NCBI GenBank assembly: GCA_963796965.1 | Contig: CAWCNS010000008.1 | Location: 332,379 to 396,378, forward strand | Direction of reading: 5' to 3' | From: Calditrichia bacterium | Lineage (GTDB): Bacteria; Calditrichota; Calditrichia; JAJRVZ01 | Length of the DNA stretch: 64,000 nucleotides | In this document: one piece after another, positions 8,363 to 18,845 of the stretch | Position numbering within the stretch: the first letter of the stretch is position 1 | How the letters are laid out: every line of letters starts with the position of its first letter | Translations under genes and position numbers: made by a program | Notes under the pieces: generated by a model | The model's input: only the letters and a program-made list of their open reading frames with translations | The model's database searches: none | What the model was told of the DNA's origin: nothing

Positions 8363-11203
8363 TTACTTTAAGGACAGTCGCACGCCTGCGCGCATCCACC
8401 AGCCATAGTATTCCTGTTGCCTTGGTCGATCGACAATACCAAAGTAATTTACTTCAGGTTCATCCAAAAGATTTACAACCTCTGCAAAAATATCCAGTTC
8501 CGGAATGATTTTGTAGCTTGCGGAAAGATCCATCTGCATATGGCTGTCACGCCACTCATCTTCACTACCGTCAGGCTCTGAGGAAACCTCTACCAGGTAT
8601 TTACCATGATAATTCAGGGTAAACCGGCCTGAAAATCCACCCCATTCATAGGATAGGGCCACATTACCGATATCACCAGCTTGACCAGGTAATGCTTTTA
8701 CATCTTCTCGTGTATCTTTGATCAAGTCAGATTCAGCCCAGGTCTTGGTAAAATTTGCAAAAACACCAAGGCCACCCCACATACCTGGTAGAAAAGTAAA
8801 TTGCTGTTGCCAGTTTACTTCAATACCAATAATACTGGCCTTTCCTCCATTTACTGGGCCTCTGAACTCCCAACCATCAAATTGTGAATCAGGATCATCG
8901 ATATCATCTCTGAGTTCAAAAATTATATTATCCATATCTTTATAGAACACGCCACCGGAAAGCACACCGACACCGACAAAATAATGTTCACCCATCAGAT
9001 CAAGATTCCATGACTCAGTAATTTCCAGATTCGGATTTCCAGCGCGTATTTCTTCCCCATCAAAATCAAGTGAAGAGTACGGTACGAGATCCCAGTAATT
9101 TGGCCGTGCCATCGTTCGTGTAACAGCAAATCTAAGATTGCTCATCCGGGCTAACGCATATTTCAGATGCAGGTTAGGCATCCACATCCCATAACTTCTG
9201 TCATCCGTTGTATCTGAATTAGCCACCAGGTCACCATCCGTATTCCAACGAAGTACAGATCCTGTATAGTCGTTTTGAGTACCTTCATATCGTAAACCCA
9301 ATAACACTGTCATTGGATTCATATTAACTGTTGTCATCGCATAACCAGCATAGATATTTTCTTTAGCATCATACGCTTGACCAAATGTATCCCAGATATC
9401 GGTACTTCCCTCAAAACCGTCAGGATTATCCCGCCAGGTGTTAAAGAAATCTTCGACCTTCTTTGCATCTGGTGCCGGGCCATAGCGATAGTTATTATCC
9501 AGAAAATCTAACTTGCCTTCATCTCTGTCAGCTGCCAATTGGTTCATAAAAACATCATCGCCTTCCCAGTCATATCCGGTACGATCATCTTTACGATCTT
9601 TTTGTTTAATACGCACCTTCCCACCAAATTTAAAGTCAGAAGCATAGCCAGCCAAAGTATAAGGCATTTTTAAATTGGCGGCAATAACCGTATTTTGGTC
9701 AGATGCGGAAGTATTTCGATAGTCAACACCTCTTAATTCATAACCAGTGGCATCAAATTCATCAAAGACTTCATCATCCCCTACATTTGTTTGATTCCAG
9801 GTTGGAAAATTTGGCTTATCATAGTTTATTCTGAAATTATAATTATCCTCGATACTACGCCACTCAGAGTCGATCTGTGGTTGATGTTTTTCATCAGCAA
9901 AACTATAAGCAACTTTATAGTCCAGATTTAAACTTCCGAGCTGATGCTCACCACCTGCCGAAAAGGCTTGCTGGATCAATTCTTCAACCCTTTGTCCGGA
10001 TTCCATCTCGATTCTTGCACCTTCTAATGTGGTACCATCAGAAGTTAAGTAATCTCCTCGGCCCATGCGTACACGTTTACGGCCAAATTCCTGGTCATCA
10101 TCCAACTTGTTCCACATTCCATCAATAAAAAAGCGGGTGCTTGGATTTGGACGATATTCAAAAGTTCCACCAAATCCCATCCGAGCACGGATATTATAGT
10201 AATCTCTTAAATCCACATTATCTAATGCCCAGCCTCCACGAACCAATCCACCATCTTCGGCATCCGGATCATCATAGTCGGTTTCCTTATTGTGAGCACC
10301 CTTATCTGTCTGGTCATAATTTGCCGTCAAGGTAAGTCCAAAATTCTTATCTTCACCAAAACGGTTACTATAACTAAACTTGCCCTGATAAATTGCGTCA
10401 CCCCTTAAATTGGTGTATCCCGCTCCAACAGTTGCACGCAACCGCATTCCGGTATAATCAAAGGCACTACGGGTAATCAGATTGACCGTTCCACCAATGG
10501 CATCGCCATCTAAATCTGGTGTAAGTGCTTTCACGACTTCAATCGAAGCCATCTGATTTGACCCGACGATATCGAGCTGGGAATACCGTTCTTCAACACG
10601 GCTCGTCGCCAACTCTTCCCCATTGACTTTTACATTTGTTAAACGAGGCTCGGTTCCACGCACCATCACATAGCGCCCTTCTCCTTGACTTCTGTCGATA
10701 TAGACACCAGGCACGCGCGATACAACATCAGCCGTTGTATAATCAGGAAAAAGTTCCATCTGCTCTCTGGAGACAACATTTTTAATATTGGGAGCTACGC
10801 GTTGCTGGTTCAGGGCACTCATTTGTCCTTCCAACTGACCCTCAACAATGATAACATCCGTTTCCATTGCACTTACGGTTAATCCAATCTCGTCCAGGAC
10901 TGCCCGCGGTTCAGTGCTGCTAATCGATATCTGAGTAGAATAATCCTCATAACCAATATAATTCACTGCCAGATTATAAGATCCCTCAGGGACATTGGAA
11001 ATAATAAAAAATCCATCCCGATCAGTTGCAGCACCCAATGTGGTACCTTCAATAAATACATTCGCACCAGCCAGATAACTGCCCGTAGTACCATCTACAA
11101 CTCTACCGGCGACCATACCCTGTGCAAATAGCATGGTCGTTGACATAAAAACGATAATGAAGCAAATCAAAATCCTGCTTAGTGATGATGATTGGTTCAC
11201 CAT
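8363..11203 (-). CDS. TonB-dependent outer-membrane receptor with N-terminal carboxypeptidase-regulatory-like domain
   Basis: GRVVD..LAGANV..GAATD; plug RVPGV..GEGRYVMVRG, DAIGGTVNL; RPNYWDL..GNPNL; GGAGG RBS before ATG 11203. Confidence 0.92.
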   Translation of the reverse strand: MVNQSSSLSRILICFIIVFMSTTMLFAQGMVAGRVVDGTTGSYLAGANVFIEGTTLGAATDRDGFFIISNVPEGSYNLAVNYIGYEDYSTQISISSTEPRAVLDEIGLTVSAMETDVIIVEGQLEGQMSALNQQRVAPNIKNVVSREQMELFPDYTTADVVSRVPGVYIDRSQGEGRYVMVRGTEPRLTNVKVNGEELATSRVEERYSQLDIVGSNQMASIEVVKALTPDLDGDAIGGTVNLITRSAFDYTGMRLRATVGAGYTNLRGDAIYQGKFSYSNRFGEDKNFGLTLTANYDQTDKGAHNKETDYDDPDAEDGGLVRGGWALDNVDLRDYYNIRARMGFGGTFEYRPNPSTRFFIDGMWNKLDDDQEFGRKRVRMGRGDYLTSDGTTLEGARIEMESGQRVEELIQQAFSAGGEHQLGSLNLDYKVAYSFADEKHQPQIDSEWRSIEDNYNFRINYDKPNFPTWNQTNVGDDEVFDEFDATGYELRGVDYRNTSASDQNTVIAANLKMPYTLAGYASDFKFGGKVRIKQKDRKDDRTGYDWEGDDVFMNQLAADRDEGKLDFLDNNYRYGPAPDAKKVEDFFNTWRDNPDGFEGSTDIWDTFGQAYDAKENIYAGYAMTTVNMNPMTVLLGLRYEGTQNDYTGSVLRWNTDGDLVANSDTTDDRSYGMWMPNLHLKYALARMSNLRFAVTRTMARPNYWDLVPYSSLDFDGEEIRAGNPNLEITESWNLDLMGEHYFVGVGVLSGGVFYKDMDNIIFELRDDIDDPDSQFDGWEFRGPVNGGKASIIGIEVNWQQQFTFLPGMWGGLGVFANFTKTWAESDLIKDTREDVKALPGQAGDIGNVALSYEWGGFSGRFTLNYHGKYLVEVSSEPDGSEDEWRDSHMQMDLSASYKIIPELDIFAEVVNLLDEPEVNYFGIVDRPRQQEYYGWWMRAGVRLSLK

Positions 11204-11505
11204 TTTTTCCTCCAATGTTTAGGTAAGGTAAACTACTGAATTAAATATAAAAATTTCATGCGTATTAATTAAACGCTCCCGAAACCACCTCCTTTGCAAG
11301 GGTTAAGTTAGTTTGATCAATAAATATTTATATATTTCGACAATATTACGATCCAGGTTCATGAGAAAAATATCAATTATAGAGACATTATTTTGTGAGT
11401 ATGGGTGTTATAAAACGGAACTTCTAATTGGATATCACCGGATCTGAAAAAATATAGAGCATCGCTCTGTTTTTGTCAATAGTTTTTTTCAAAATCCAAC
11501 AATTG

Positions 11506-12273
11506 TCACACGCAGGCCCGAAGGCCCCCATCCACAAACAAAACATGTCCATTTACATAGTCAGATGCCTTTGAGGCCAGAAAAATTGCAGAACCAACCA
11601 GTTCTGCAGGATCTCCCCACCGATTTGCCGGGGTTCTAGCACATAACCAGGCATCAAATTTTTCATCCTCATATAATGGTTTTGTTAACTCTGTTTTAAA
11701 ATACCCTGGTGCAATTCCGTTTACCTGGATATTATATTTTCCCCAATCGGTTGCCATTCCCTGTGTAAGTAATTTTAGTCCTCCCTTTGATGCCGTATAG
11801 GGTGCAATGGTTGGTCGGGCCAAATCACTCTGTATGGAACAAATATTGATGATTTTTCCCGCATGGCGTGAAATCATACCGGCAACGACTGCCTTGGAAG
11901 TTAGAAATGCACCTGTCAAATTAATATCGAGGATACTTTGCCAATCTTCTCGGGTAAATTTTTCCAGGGGACCTCGTATGGTAATACCTGCATTGTTGAT
12001 CAGTATATCAATTGATCCAACTGTGGATTCAACTTCAGCTATAGCGCTATTGATACTGTCTTCGTCACTAACATCAAATACTGTATAATGTGTATCAACA
12101 CCGTCAGTACTTAATATATCTGCTGCTGTCCTTAAAGTAGCTGACTTTCTTCCATTTAAAATTATTGTTGCACCGGCCTTACCCAAACCTTGCGCTAAGG
12201 TAAATCCAATTCCACGACTTGAACCGGTTATCAGAGCATTCTTTCCCTTAAGACTGAAAATATCCTCAACCAT
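11506..12273 (-). CDS. Gluconate 5-dehydrogenase-like SDR (IdnO/KduD group)
   Basis: FSLKGKNALITGSSRGIG, NNAG, ICSIQS.LARPTIAPYTASKGG, GIAPGYFKTE, RTPANRWG closely match IdnO/gluconate 5-dehydrogenase. Confidence 0.85.
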   Translation of the reverse strand: MVEDIFSLKGKNALITGSSRGIGFTLAQGLGKAGATIILNGRKSATLRTAADILSTDGVDTHYTVFDVSDEDSINSAIAEVESTVGSIDILINNAGITIRGPLEKFTREDWQSILDINLTGAFLTSKAVVAGMISRHAGKIINICSIQSDLARPTIAPYTASKGGLKLLTQGMATDWGKYNIQVNGIAPGYFKTELTKPLYEDEKFDAWLCARTPANRWGDPAELVGSAIFLASKASDYVNGHVLFVDGGLRACV

Positions 12274-12304
12274 CTAAACATCCTCCAGACGTACATGTAT
12301 TTCA

Positions 12305-12388
12305 AACACAAAGAACACCAAGAAGGCACAAAGTTCACAAAGTTAATTTATATTATTCTTTTCTTTACACCTTGGCGTCTTTGCGAGA
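12305..12388. repeat. Family A element (hybrid arms)
   Basis: AACACAAAGAACACCAAGAAGGCACAAAGTTCACAAAG ... CCTTGGCGTCTTTGCGAGA. Confidence 0.65.
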
Positions 12389-13715
12389 CTATAAAATCAT
12401 TTTTTTGACCATTTCTATAACTGACAGGGCTGATTCATAAGCACCCCAAACCGCGAGAATAAAGAGGAAACCCATAACCAAATTCTCCCATAGGCGGTTT
12501 TTATATTGATCACCAATATAACGACTGTTTGCAGTTATCCACCAAAGTCCACCTGCTAGTGCCGGAATCAAAACAGCCATCAATGTATTAGCAAGAAGTG
12601 TCAACGTCACAAAATCTGCCTTACCGGTCAGAATCCACACAAATGGTGAAACCATAATCCATAAAGCAATAAATATATAAATCGGATGAGAGCGATAATC
12701 AATAACATCACCGCCCTTTGATTTCTTACGCCAGCGGTTATAAGCATGACTGCCCAGATAACCCAATCCCAAACCATTACCCAATAAGGAGGTGTACACT
12801 GCGCCAAACATGCCCAGATAGAACAATTTCCGGCCTCCCTCACCCAGGACCAATCCAAGAAGACCGGTAAGATCATCAAGATTTGTGATAGTCTTGCCAC
12901 TGTCATGAACCAATTCGGCACCAAGGGTCCACACGGCCAGGTTGAAAATAATTAATGCGACTACAGCAAGAATAAAATCATAAGTTTGTACCCGGCGGTA
13001 TTTTGGACTATTCCAACCTTTTTGTTCCAAGAAAATAGGGATAAACCAGATTTAAAAGCGAACCACCAACTGCGCCAACCATGGCCATAGCCACAGCCAT
13101 CGCACCAAAAGGTCCCTCTTGTGGTGGCAGATCAAAGGCGATCGTTCCTTTAACGATGCCGGTAAGATTCGGTCCGACCCATAACGCGGTACCCACCAGA
13201 CAAACAGTCATAATATTATAAAAACTTTAAATATCCACTCTACACGGTTCCAGATTGGACGAAAGACAACCAAAAGTCCCAGGAGCACCCAGAAAGAGAC
13301 CCCATTGCCATTCCTGTCCGAATCCGGTTAAACTGACCATGGTTTCACCTATACCGGCTATCATATAGGTTCCGTTAATATGACCAATAACCAGAATAAC
13401 GAGTAGTAAAAACGGTGCAAAGTATGGATGCAAGCGAACCAAACCATCTAACAGTCCCTCACCATGCTGATTGCATAACTGATACTTTGCAATAGTGGTA
13501 ACAAAGAAAAAACGCATTAAAAGGGCAAATACCATTGCCCACATGAGGGCATAGCCATAGTTTCCACCGGAAACACCGGCTGATACAATATCGCCGGAGC
13601 CAAGCCATGTTAGCACAATAACAAAACCAGGCCCAAATGATTTCAAATATTGAACGAAAGTTTTTGGAATTGGTGGTTCAGTTTGATTACGTGTATCTTG
13701 TTCGTCTGGTTTCAT
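12389..13715 (-). CDS. Nramp/APC-fold secondary transporter lacking canonical metal-binding motifs; two frameshifts
   Basis: ORFs 13227-13739, 13008-13211 and 12389-13030 join; SFGPG..WLGSGD..G.NYGYALMWA; about 11 hydrophobic segments. Confidence 0.75.
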
Positions 13716-13983
13716 AGATAAATGAATTTTTAATTTCACGCAGCGACGCAGAGACGCAGCGTATAAAAGATTAAGGTAGTTCTATAAAAATACCATTGAT
13801 TATTTTGTTTCGAATATTCTTTGAACATTGAGTTAACTATACTTGTGAATAAGTTCAGAATAAATTCACGATTCATCGCTAAGAATTCTCAATTCACAAT
13901 TAATCAACTTGAACATTGATTATTTCGTGTTGACTATTGAATATTTAAAATCACACACATGATTCTGTTATATGAACAATATT

Positions 13984-14008
13984 GGGCGGCCCACCGGGCC
14001 GCCCCTAC
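13984..14008 (-). repeat. GTAG-type REP hairpin (family E) just downstream of iclR
   Basis: Minus strand GTAG-GGGCGGCCC-GGT-GGGCCGCCC. Confidence 0.75.
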
Positions 14009-14020
14009 ACACTCTATGCT

Positions 14021-14824
14021 TCACGCCTTGACGTCAACTCTGGCTGGCCTATACCCCAGGCTCAGCGAAATGCGCATCGTTCCTTTTTTAATCGCTTCAC
14101 CGATGTCCGAAAAATCTTTTTCTAAAATTCGTTGTGATGGTCCGGTAATCCAGATAGCAGCAACAGGATACCCCGTCCTGTTAAAAATGGGTGCTCCCAC
14201 GCAATGCATACCCTGAATTTCTTCGGCATGATCAACAGCGTATCCTTTTTTCCGAATTTTTTTAAGCTCTTTACGGAAAATTTCTCTATCAGTTATTGTG
14301 TTCGCACTATACTTTTTTAATTTGATCTGTTTAATAAATTCTTCTCGTTCCTCTTCAGGGAGGAATGCCAGCATCGCTTTACCCGGTGCCGCTGTATGAA
14401 GATGAAACTTTCTTCCCGGTTCAAGGACGAAGCGAAAGGAATGCAGCCCCTGCACTTCTTCGACGACCAATCCTTCAGAACCATGGAGAATTCCAAGTGG
14501 AACTGTTTCTTTAAATTGATCACGCAACTTCCGCATCACACCTAACGACTTCTCAATTAACGTTTGTTCACTTAAAGCCGCATAGCCAAGCGTCAACAGT
14601 TTTTGAGAAAGTTGATAAGATTTTGTTTCATCATCCCGAATCAAATACCCATGCTCAAGCATAGTCTGGGTGATTCTAAAAACACTGTTTCGTGGTATTT
14701 TTAGTTTCGCTGTAATCTCGCTTGAGTTTAGGCCTTCCGGATGCTCAGAGAGTATTTCAAGCACGCGTAGTGCACGGGAAAGGTTGGGCACATGATATTT
14801 GTCATTTGTTTTTGATGGCGACAT
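14021..14824 (-). CDS. IclR-family transcriptional regulator
   Basis: VPNLSRALRVLE wHTH; LHTAAPGKAMLA; GYAVDHAE..GMHCVGAPIF. Confidence 0.93.
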   Translation of the reverse strand: MSPSKTNDKYHVPNLSRALRVLEILSEHPEGLNSSEITAKLKIPRNSVFRITQTMLEHGYLIRDDETKSYQLSQKLLTLGYAALSEQTLIEKSLGVMRKLRDQFKETVPLGILHGSEGLVVEEVQGLHSFRFVLEPGRKFHLHTAAPGKAMLAFLPEEEREEFIKQIKLKKYSANTITDREIFRKELKKIRKKGYAVDHAEEIQGMHCVGAPIFNRTGYPVAAIWITGPSQRILEKDFSDIGEAIKKGTMRISLSLGYRPARVDVKA

Positions 14825-14847
14825 TATAAGCCCGAATTTTGTTTAAC

Positions 14848-14894
14848 ATTTAGACGTGATGGCTAAATATAAAAACATTGCCTTCTGAACACAA
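14848..14894 (-). promoter_or_regulatory. Sigma70-like promoter of iclR overlapped by a candidate operator
   Basis: Minus strand TTGTGT-N17-TATATT; plus strand ATTTAGAC-N7-CTAAATATA at 14848-14871. Confidence 0.6.
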
Positions 14895-14936
14895 GATTTT
14901 TAACCAGTAATAGATACTGGATACTGATTATTTTTA

Positions 14937-15014
14937 ATTTTGGATTTTGGATTTTTAATTAATCGTTCCTCCATAGGAGCCGCATGCTAAAATCTGCAAT
15001 CCAAAATCCAAAAT
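14937..15014. repeat. Family B (7-nt periodic) inverted-repeat element
   Basis: ATTTTGGATTTTGGATT ... AATCTGCAATCCAAAATCCAAAAT. Confidence 0.75.
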
Positions 15015-15021
15015 ATGCAAA

Positions 15022-17031
15022 TCAAGATCCCAACCTCTCAATAATCCTCTTATATATTTTCTCAGATGTAAATCCAAAATAATCCTGAACGACGGTTGCT
15101 GGCGCTGATACGCCGAACTCATCCTGAGAAATTATCAGACCATCTTTTCCTACAAAACGCTGCCAGCCAAGCCCCCGCCCGGCCTCCACGCTTACCTTTA
15201 AGCGCGCAATACCATTCAGAATAGAATTTTGATAATCCTTATCCTGTTCATCAAACAATTCCCAGCTGGGCAAAGAAATGACCCTCGTATTCAAACCACC
15301 CTCTTCCAGCATTTTTGCAGCGCCTACTGCCGCATGGATCTCGGAACCTGTCGCAAATATCTCCACATCAACCGGCAACAATGCCTCCCCATAAAGGAAA
15401 TAAGCACCTTTGCCTACGCCCTCACGGGCTCTTTCAGAGGTTAACTCACTCACCGTTGAGGCCACAGGCTGCCGGGTAAAACACAAGGCGACGGGTTGAT
15501 CCTTTATTAACACCGCGTTTATCCAGGCTGCTTTAACTTCGTTTTCATCACCCGGCCGGATCATGGTTAAATTAGGAATCAGCCGCAATGACATGAGATG
15601 TTCCACAGGATGATGTGTTGGACCATCCCACCCCACCATAATCGAATCATGCGAATAAACAAAAATAACATGCTGTTTCATTAAAGCGGCCATGCGCAGG
15701 GCATTACGCATATAATCAGAAAAAACGAGGAAAGTGCCGACCACAGGTTGTAACATTCCATGGAGTTGGATGCCGGTAGCACAGCCAGCCATACAAAATT
15801 CTCTTACGCCAAATTTTATCTGTCTGTGAGACCAGTCGATATCACGAATTATATCACGTTCCTCCAATATCCAGGTAAAGTCACAGCTAACAACATCTGC
15901 GGAGCCTGTCACCATATACGGCAATAAATTTGCCATAACCTGAACCATGGCCTCATTATACTTTCGTGTAGGCAAATTTTGATCGATGGGCATCTGCCAT
16001 ACCATTTCCTCAAATTCATCTGGGATCCGCTTATACATATAGGTATCCCAGTCACGGGCTTTATCCAGATCACCATTTTTCATTTTGGATAGTTTGACAT
16101 CCCATTGATTCTCAACTTCTATCCATCCAGATTGCAAATCAGTAAAATACTGCCGAACCTCCTCAGGAACATAGAACAATGGCGCTTCCGGCCAACCTAT
16201 ATCCTTTTTTAACAATGACATTTCTTCGGGACCCAAAAACTGCCCATGGCTGATACTCTTTCCCTGACGATTGGGACAATGCTTTCCGATAATTGTTTTA
16301 GCTATGATTAAGGTCGGCTTGTCCTGGGAATGTCTGCCAGACAAGAAAGCCCTTTCCATTTCATCAAAATCATATCCATCGATCGTAATCACATTAAAAC
16401 CATAGGCTTCGTAGCGTTTCGCCGTATCTTCAGTTAAGCAATCCCGGGTCGGGCCATCAAGACAGATATCATTAGAATCATATATAATGACGAGATTATT
16501 CAAGCCTAATGTCCCTGCCAGACTACCTGATTCAGAACTAATCCCTTCCATGATACATCCATCACCTGCCAACACCCAGATCCGGGCATCAAAAAGATCC
16601 GCCCCAAAACGGTTAGCCAGGATTTTCTGAGCTATGGCCATTCCAGTACCGACAGCGACACCTTGCCCCAATGGACCGGTGGTTGTTTCAACGCCTGGTG
16701 TTTCACCGACTTCAGGATGTCCGGGTGTGGCTGAATGCAATTCCCGGAAATGCTTAATATCTTCCATACTAACACCATAACCGCAGAGATGAAGCAATGA
16801 ATATAGAAACATCGAACCATGACCGGCAGAGAGTACGAACCTGTCCCGCCCCATCCATTGCGGATTAGCAGGATTATGCCGCAAAATTTTTGAGAACAAA
16901 CAGGCACCCAACTCAGCAGCCCCGAGTGGAATCCCCGGATGCCCCGATTGTTGCTTCTCAATAGCATCAGCCGATATAGCACGTACCGCATGAGCTACTT
17001 TTTGCAAAATCTCTTTCTCAGATCTATCCAT
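15022..17031 (-). CDS. tkt: Transketolase (divergent acceptor site)
   Basis: SGHPG, RDRFVLSAGHGS, TPGHPE, TTGPLGQG, GDGCIMEG ThDP motif, GVREF, DGPTH. Confidence 0.92.
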   Translation of the reverse strand: MDRSEKEILQKVAHAVRAISADAIEKQQSGHPGIPLGAAELGACLFSKILRHNPANPQWMGRDRFVLSAGHGSMFLYSLLHLCGYGVSMEDIKHFRELHSATPGHPEVGETPGVETTTGPLGQGVAVGTGMAIAQKILANRFGADLFDARIWVLAGDGCIMEGISSESGSLAGTLGLNNLVIIYDSNDICLDGPTRDCLTEDTAKRYEAYGFNVITIDGYDFDEMERAFLSGRHSQDKPTLIIAKTIIGKHCPNRQGKSISHGQFLGPEEMSLLKKDIGWPEAPLFYVPEEVRQYFTDLQSGWIEVENQWDVKLSKMKNGDLDKARDWDTYMYKRIPDEFEEMVWQMPIDQNLPTRKYNEAMVQVMANLLPYMVTGSADVVSCDFTWILEERDIIRDIDWSHRQIKFGVREFCMAGCATGIQLHGMLQPVVGTFLVFSDYMRNALRMAALMKQHVIFVYSHDSIMVGWDGPTHHPVEHLMSLRLIPNLTMIRPGDENEVKAAWINAVLIKDQPVALCFTRQPVASTVSELTSERAREGVGKGAYFLYGEALLPVDVEIFATGSEIHAAVGAAKMLEEGGLNTRVISLPSWELFDEQDKDYQNSILNGIARLKVSVEAGRGLGWQRFVGKDGLIISQDEFGVSAPATVVQDYFGFTSEKIYKRIIERLGS

Positions 17032-17159
17032 AAATCATTTCCTTTTGAGATATAAGCACAATATTACTGAATAGAGTTACAGGACGATCACCCTAAATTC
17101 ACGACTCATCTTAAAATATTGATTTGCAAAAAAATTCGATTTTCTTGCAAATTTGGTTG

Positions 17160-17209
17160 TATATTTAGACAGACCATCTAAATATATTACATAAGTTTTT
17201 TAATTGCAA
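17160..17209 (-). promoter_or_regulatory. Sigma70-like promoter of tkt overlapped by a palindromic candidate IclR operator
   Basis: Minus strand TTGCAA-N17-TATATT; perfect palindrome TATATTTAGA-CAGACCA-TCTAAATATA at 17160-17186. Confidence 0.65.
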
Positions 17210-17310
17210 TCAAGAACTTAAGTAAAATCTTACCAGTTCTTCATTTATAATACTGGAATCAGGTATTATAAGTGAATAATTTATTTGAAGTAAAAAAGTG
17301 AATATTTCTT

Positions 17311-17423
17311 TAAACGCAGAGTTCGCGGAGAACGCAAAGAAAAGTATTAACTTCTATTTAAAAGTATGAAAATAAACTCTGCGGTACTCAGCGTTCTCAG
17401 CGTTCTCAGCGTTCTCAGCGTTA
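17311..17423. repeat. Family A element with 9-nt tandem expansion in the right arm
   Basis: AAACGCAGAGTTCGCGGAGAACGCAAAG ... CTCTGCGGTA(CTCAGCGTT)x4. Confidence 0.85.
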
Positions 17424-17492
17424 AAGAAGATTTACATAATTAAACTACTATAGTTGTACGTGACAATAAATCTTAACCTAATAGGATAAAAA

Positions 17493-18845
17493 ATGAAATA
17501 TGATAAAATTAAATTCTTACACAGCGACAATATCAAGAAACTCATTCAGATTTTTAATTTTTCGTGGTATAACCTTAAAAGTATAATCTTGATAACCCTA
17601 ATTTTAGGTTTTCTATATTTCCCCACCAATGCCCAATCATTTGAACCCACGATACCCCAGATTCCAGGTATCGATATTAAACTGGGTAAAACGGTGGTAA
17701 TCCCACATCAGGAAAAGGTCAAAACAGCCCTGGCTTTTCGTTTTAATGATGGCCGTATCGTCGTCGGGAATAAAAAGAATTCCCGCTGGTCTTACGACAA
17801 CGGTAATACCTGGGAAGCCGGTCCGGAGGTTCAATTCGATAAAGCAGCGATAGACCTGGGAAATGGAGAGATTTTAAGCATCGGGCGAAATTCAAAAAGA
17901 CAACCAGATGGAAAATCTTCTGTCAGACTTCTTCGCTCACTAGATAATTGGAAAACGATTTCAGAGGAGGAAGCCGTGGTTGATATTCCCCGTGCCTCTT
18001 ACACGATTACCGGAAGTGGAGGTCGGGTTGATGGGTTCCTTTTTCACCATGGTATTCTTGCTCTTGATAATGGTGATTTGATTTGCTCCTTGTATGGGAA
18101 TTATGAGGGGGATGTTCAGTTATGTGCCGGTTACCCGGCAGAACTGGGTCAACGCAAATACCACACTGTGGTTGTCTTTTCAAAAGATAAAGGAAAAACC
18201 TGGGGAAATCCTGTTCATGTCGCCTATGATAAAATGCTTGGCCGTGGTATACCAGATGATCATGATATGGTCGGAAAGAGCATTCCGGAAAGCCGCGTTA
18301 GCAGGACAACCATTGTCCCTGCCGTAACCATGGAAGGATTTCGTGAGTCAGACCTGGTACAGGCACAAAATGGAGATCTGATCTGCCTAATGCGTTCCGG
18401 GGGCCGCAATCCGGTTCCTGAAGCCAATCTATTTCCTACACCGCTCTACTGTTCCCGTTCAAGTGACAACGGCCAAACCTGGTCACCACCAGCCCAGATT
18501 GCTGATCGCGGGGTCTGCCCAAATGCCGTCACCATGAGCAATGGTATTATTGTCTGCACCTATAGCCGACCCGGAAACTGGTTGATTTTTTCAGATGATC
18601 ATGGTAAAACCTGGAAAGGTGCCTTACAATTTGGAGAAGGCGGCGCAACAAATTATATCCATGAGGTTGCACCGGATACGATTCAGGTCTATTATGAGGT
18701 TGAAGAAGGTGGTGAGGACAGGGTGCAAGGAATATTCTTTACCGTAAAAAAAGATCAACTAGCCCGACCTATCAATTATTTTCTCACGCAGAGACGCAGA
18801 GAAGACTATTTTACTTTTTTAATATTTGAAAAAGGTTTAATTTAA
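17493..18845 (+). CDS. Asp-box (BNR) sialidase-like beta-propeller protein, secreted
   Basis: Five Asp-boxes: SYDNGNTW, SLDNWKT, SKDKGKTW, SSDNGQTW, SDDHGKTW; no RIP motif. Confidence 0.8.
   Translation: MKYDKIKFLHSDNIKKLIQIFNFSWYNLKSIILITLILGFLYFPTNAQSFEPTIPQIPGIDIKLGKTVVIPHQEKVKTALAFRFNDGRIVVGNKKNSRWSYDNGNTWEAGPEVQFDKAAIDLGNGEILSIGRNSKRQPDGKSSVRLLRSLDNWKTISEEEAVVDIPRASYTITGSGGRVDGFLFHHGILALDNGDLICSLYGNYEGDVQLCAGYPAELGQRKYHTVVVFSKDKGKTWGNPVHVAYDKMLGRGIPDDHDMVGKSIPESRVSRTTIVPAVTMEGFRESDLVQAQNGDLICLMRSGGRNPVPEANLFPTPLYCSRSSDNGQTWSPPAQIADRGVCPNAVTMSNGIIVCTYSRPGNWLIFSDDHGKTWKGALQFGEGGATNYIHEVAPDTIQVYYEVEEGGEDRVQGIFFTVKKDQLARPINYFLTQRRREDYFTFLIFEKGLI

Noticed and set aside
17377..17423. (CTCAGCGTT)x4 and other periodic tracts as a CRISPR array
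   Set aside because: The 9-nt units have no unique spacers and no cas genes are present; the tract is an arm of a family A element
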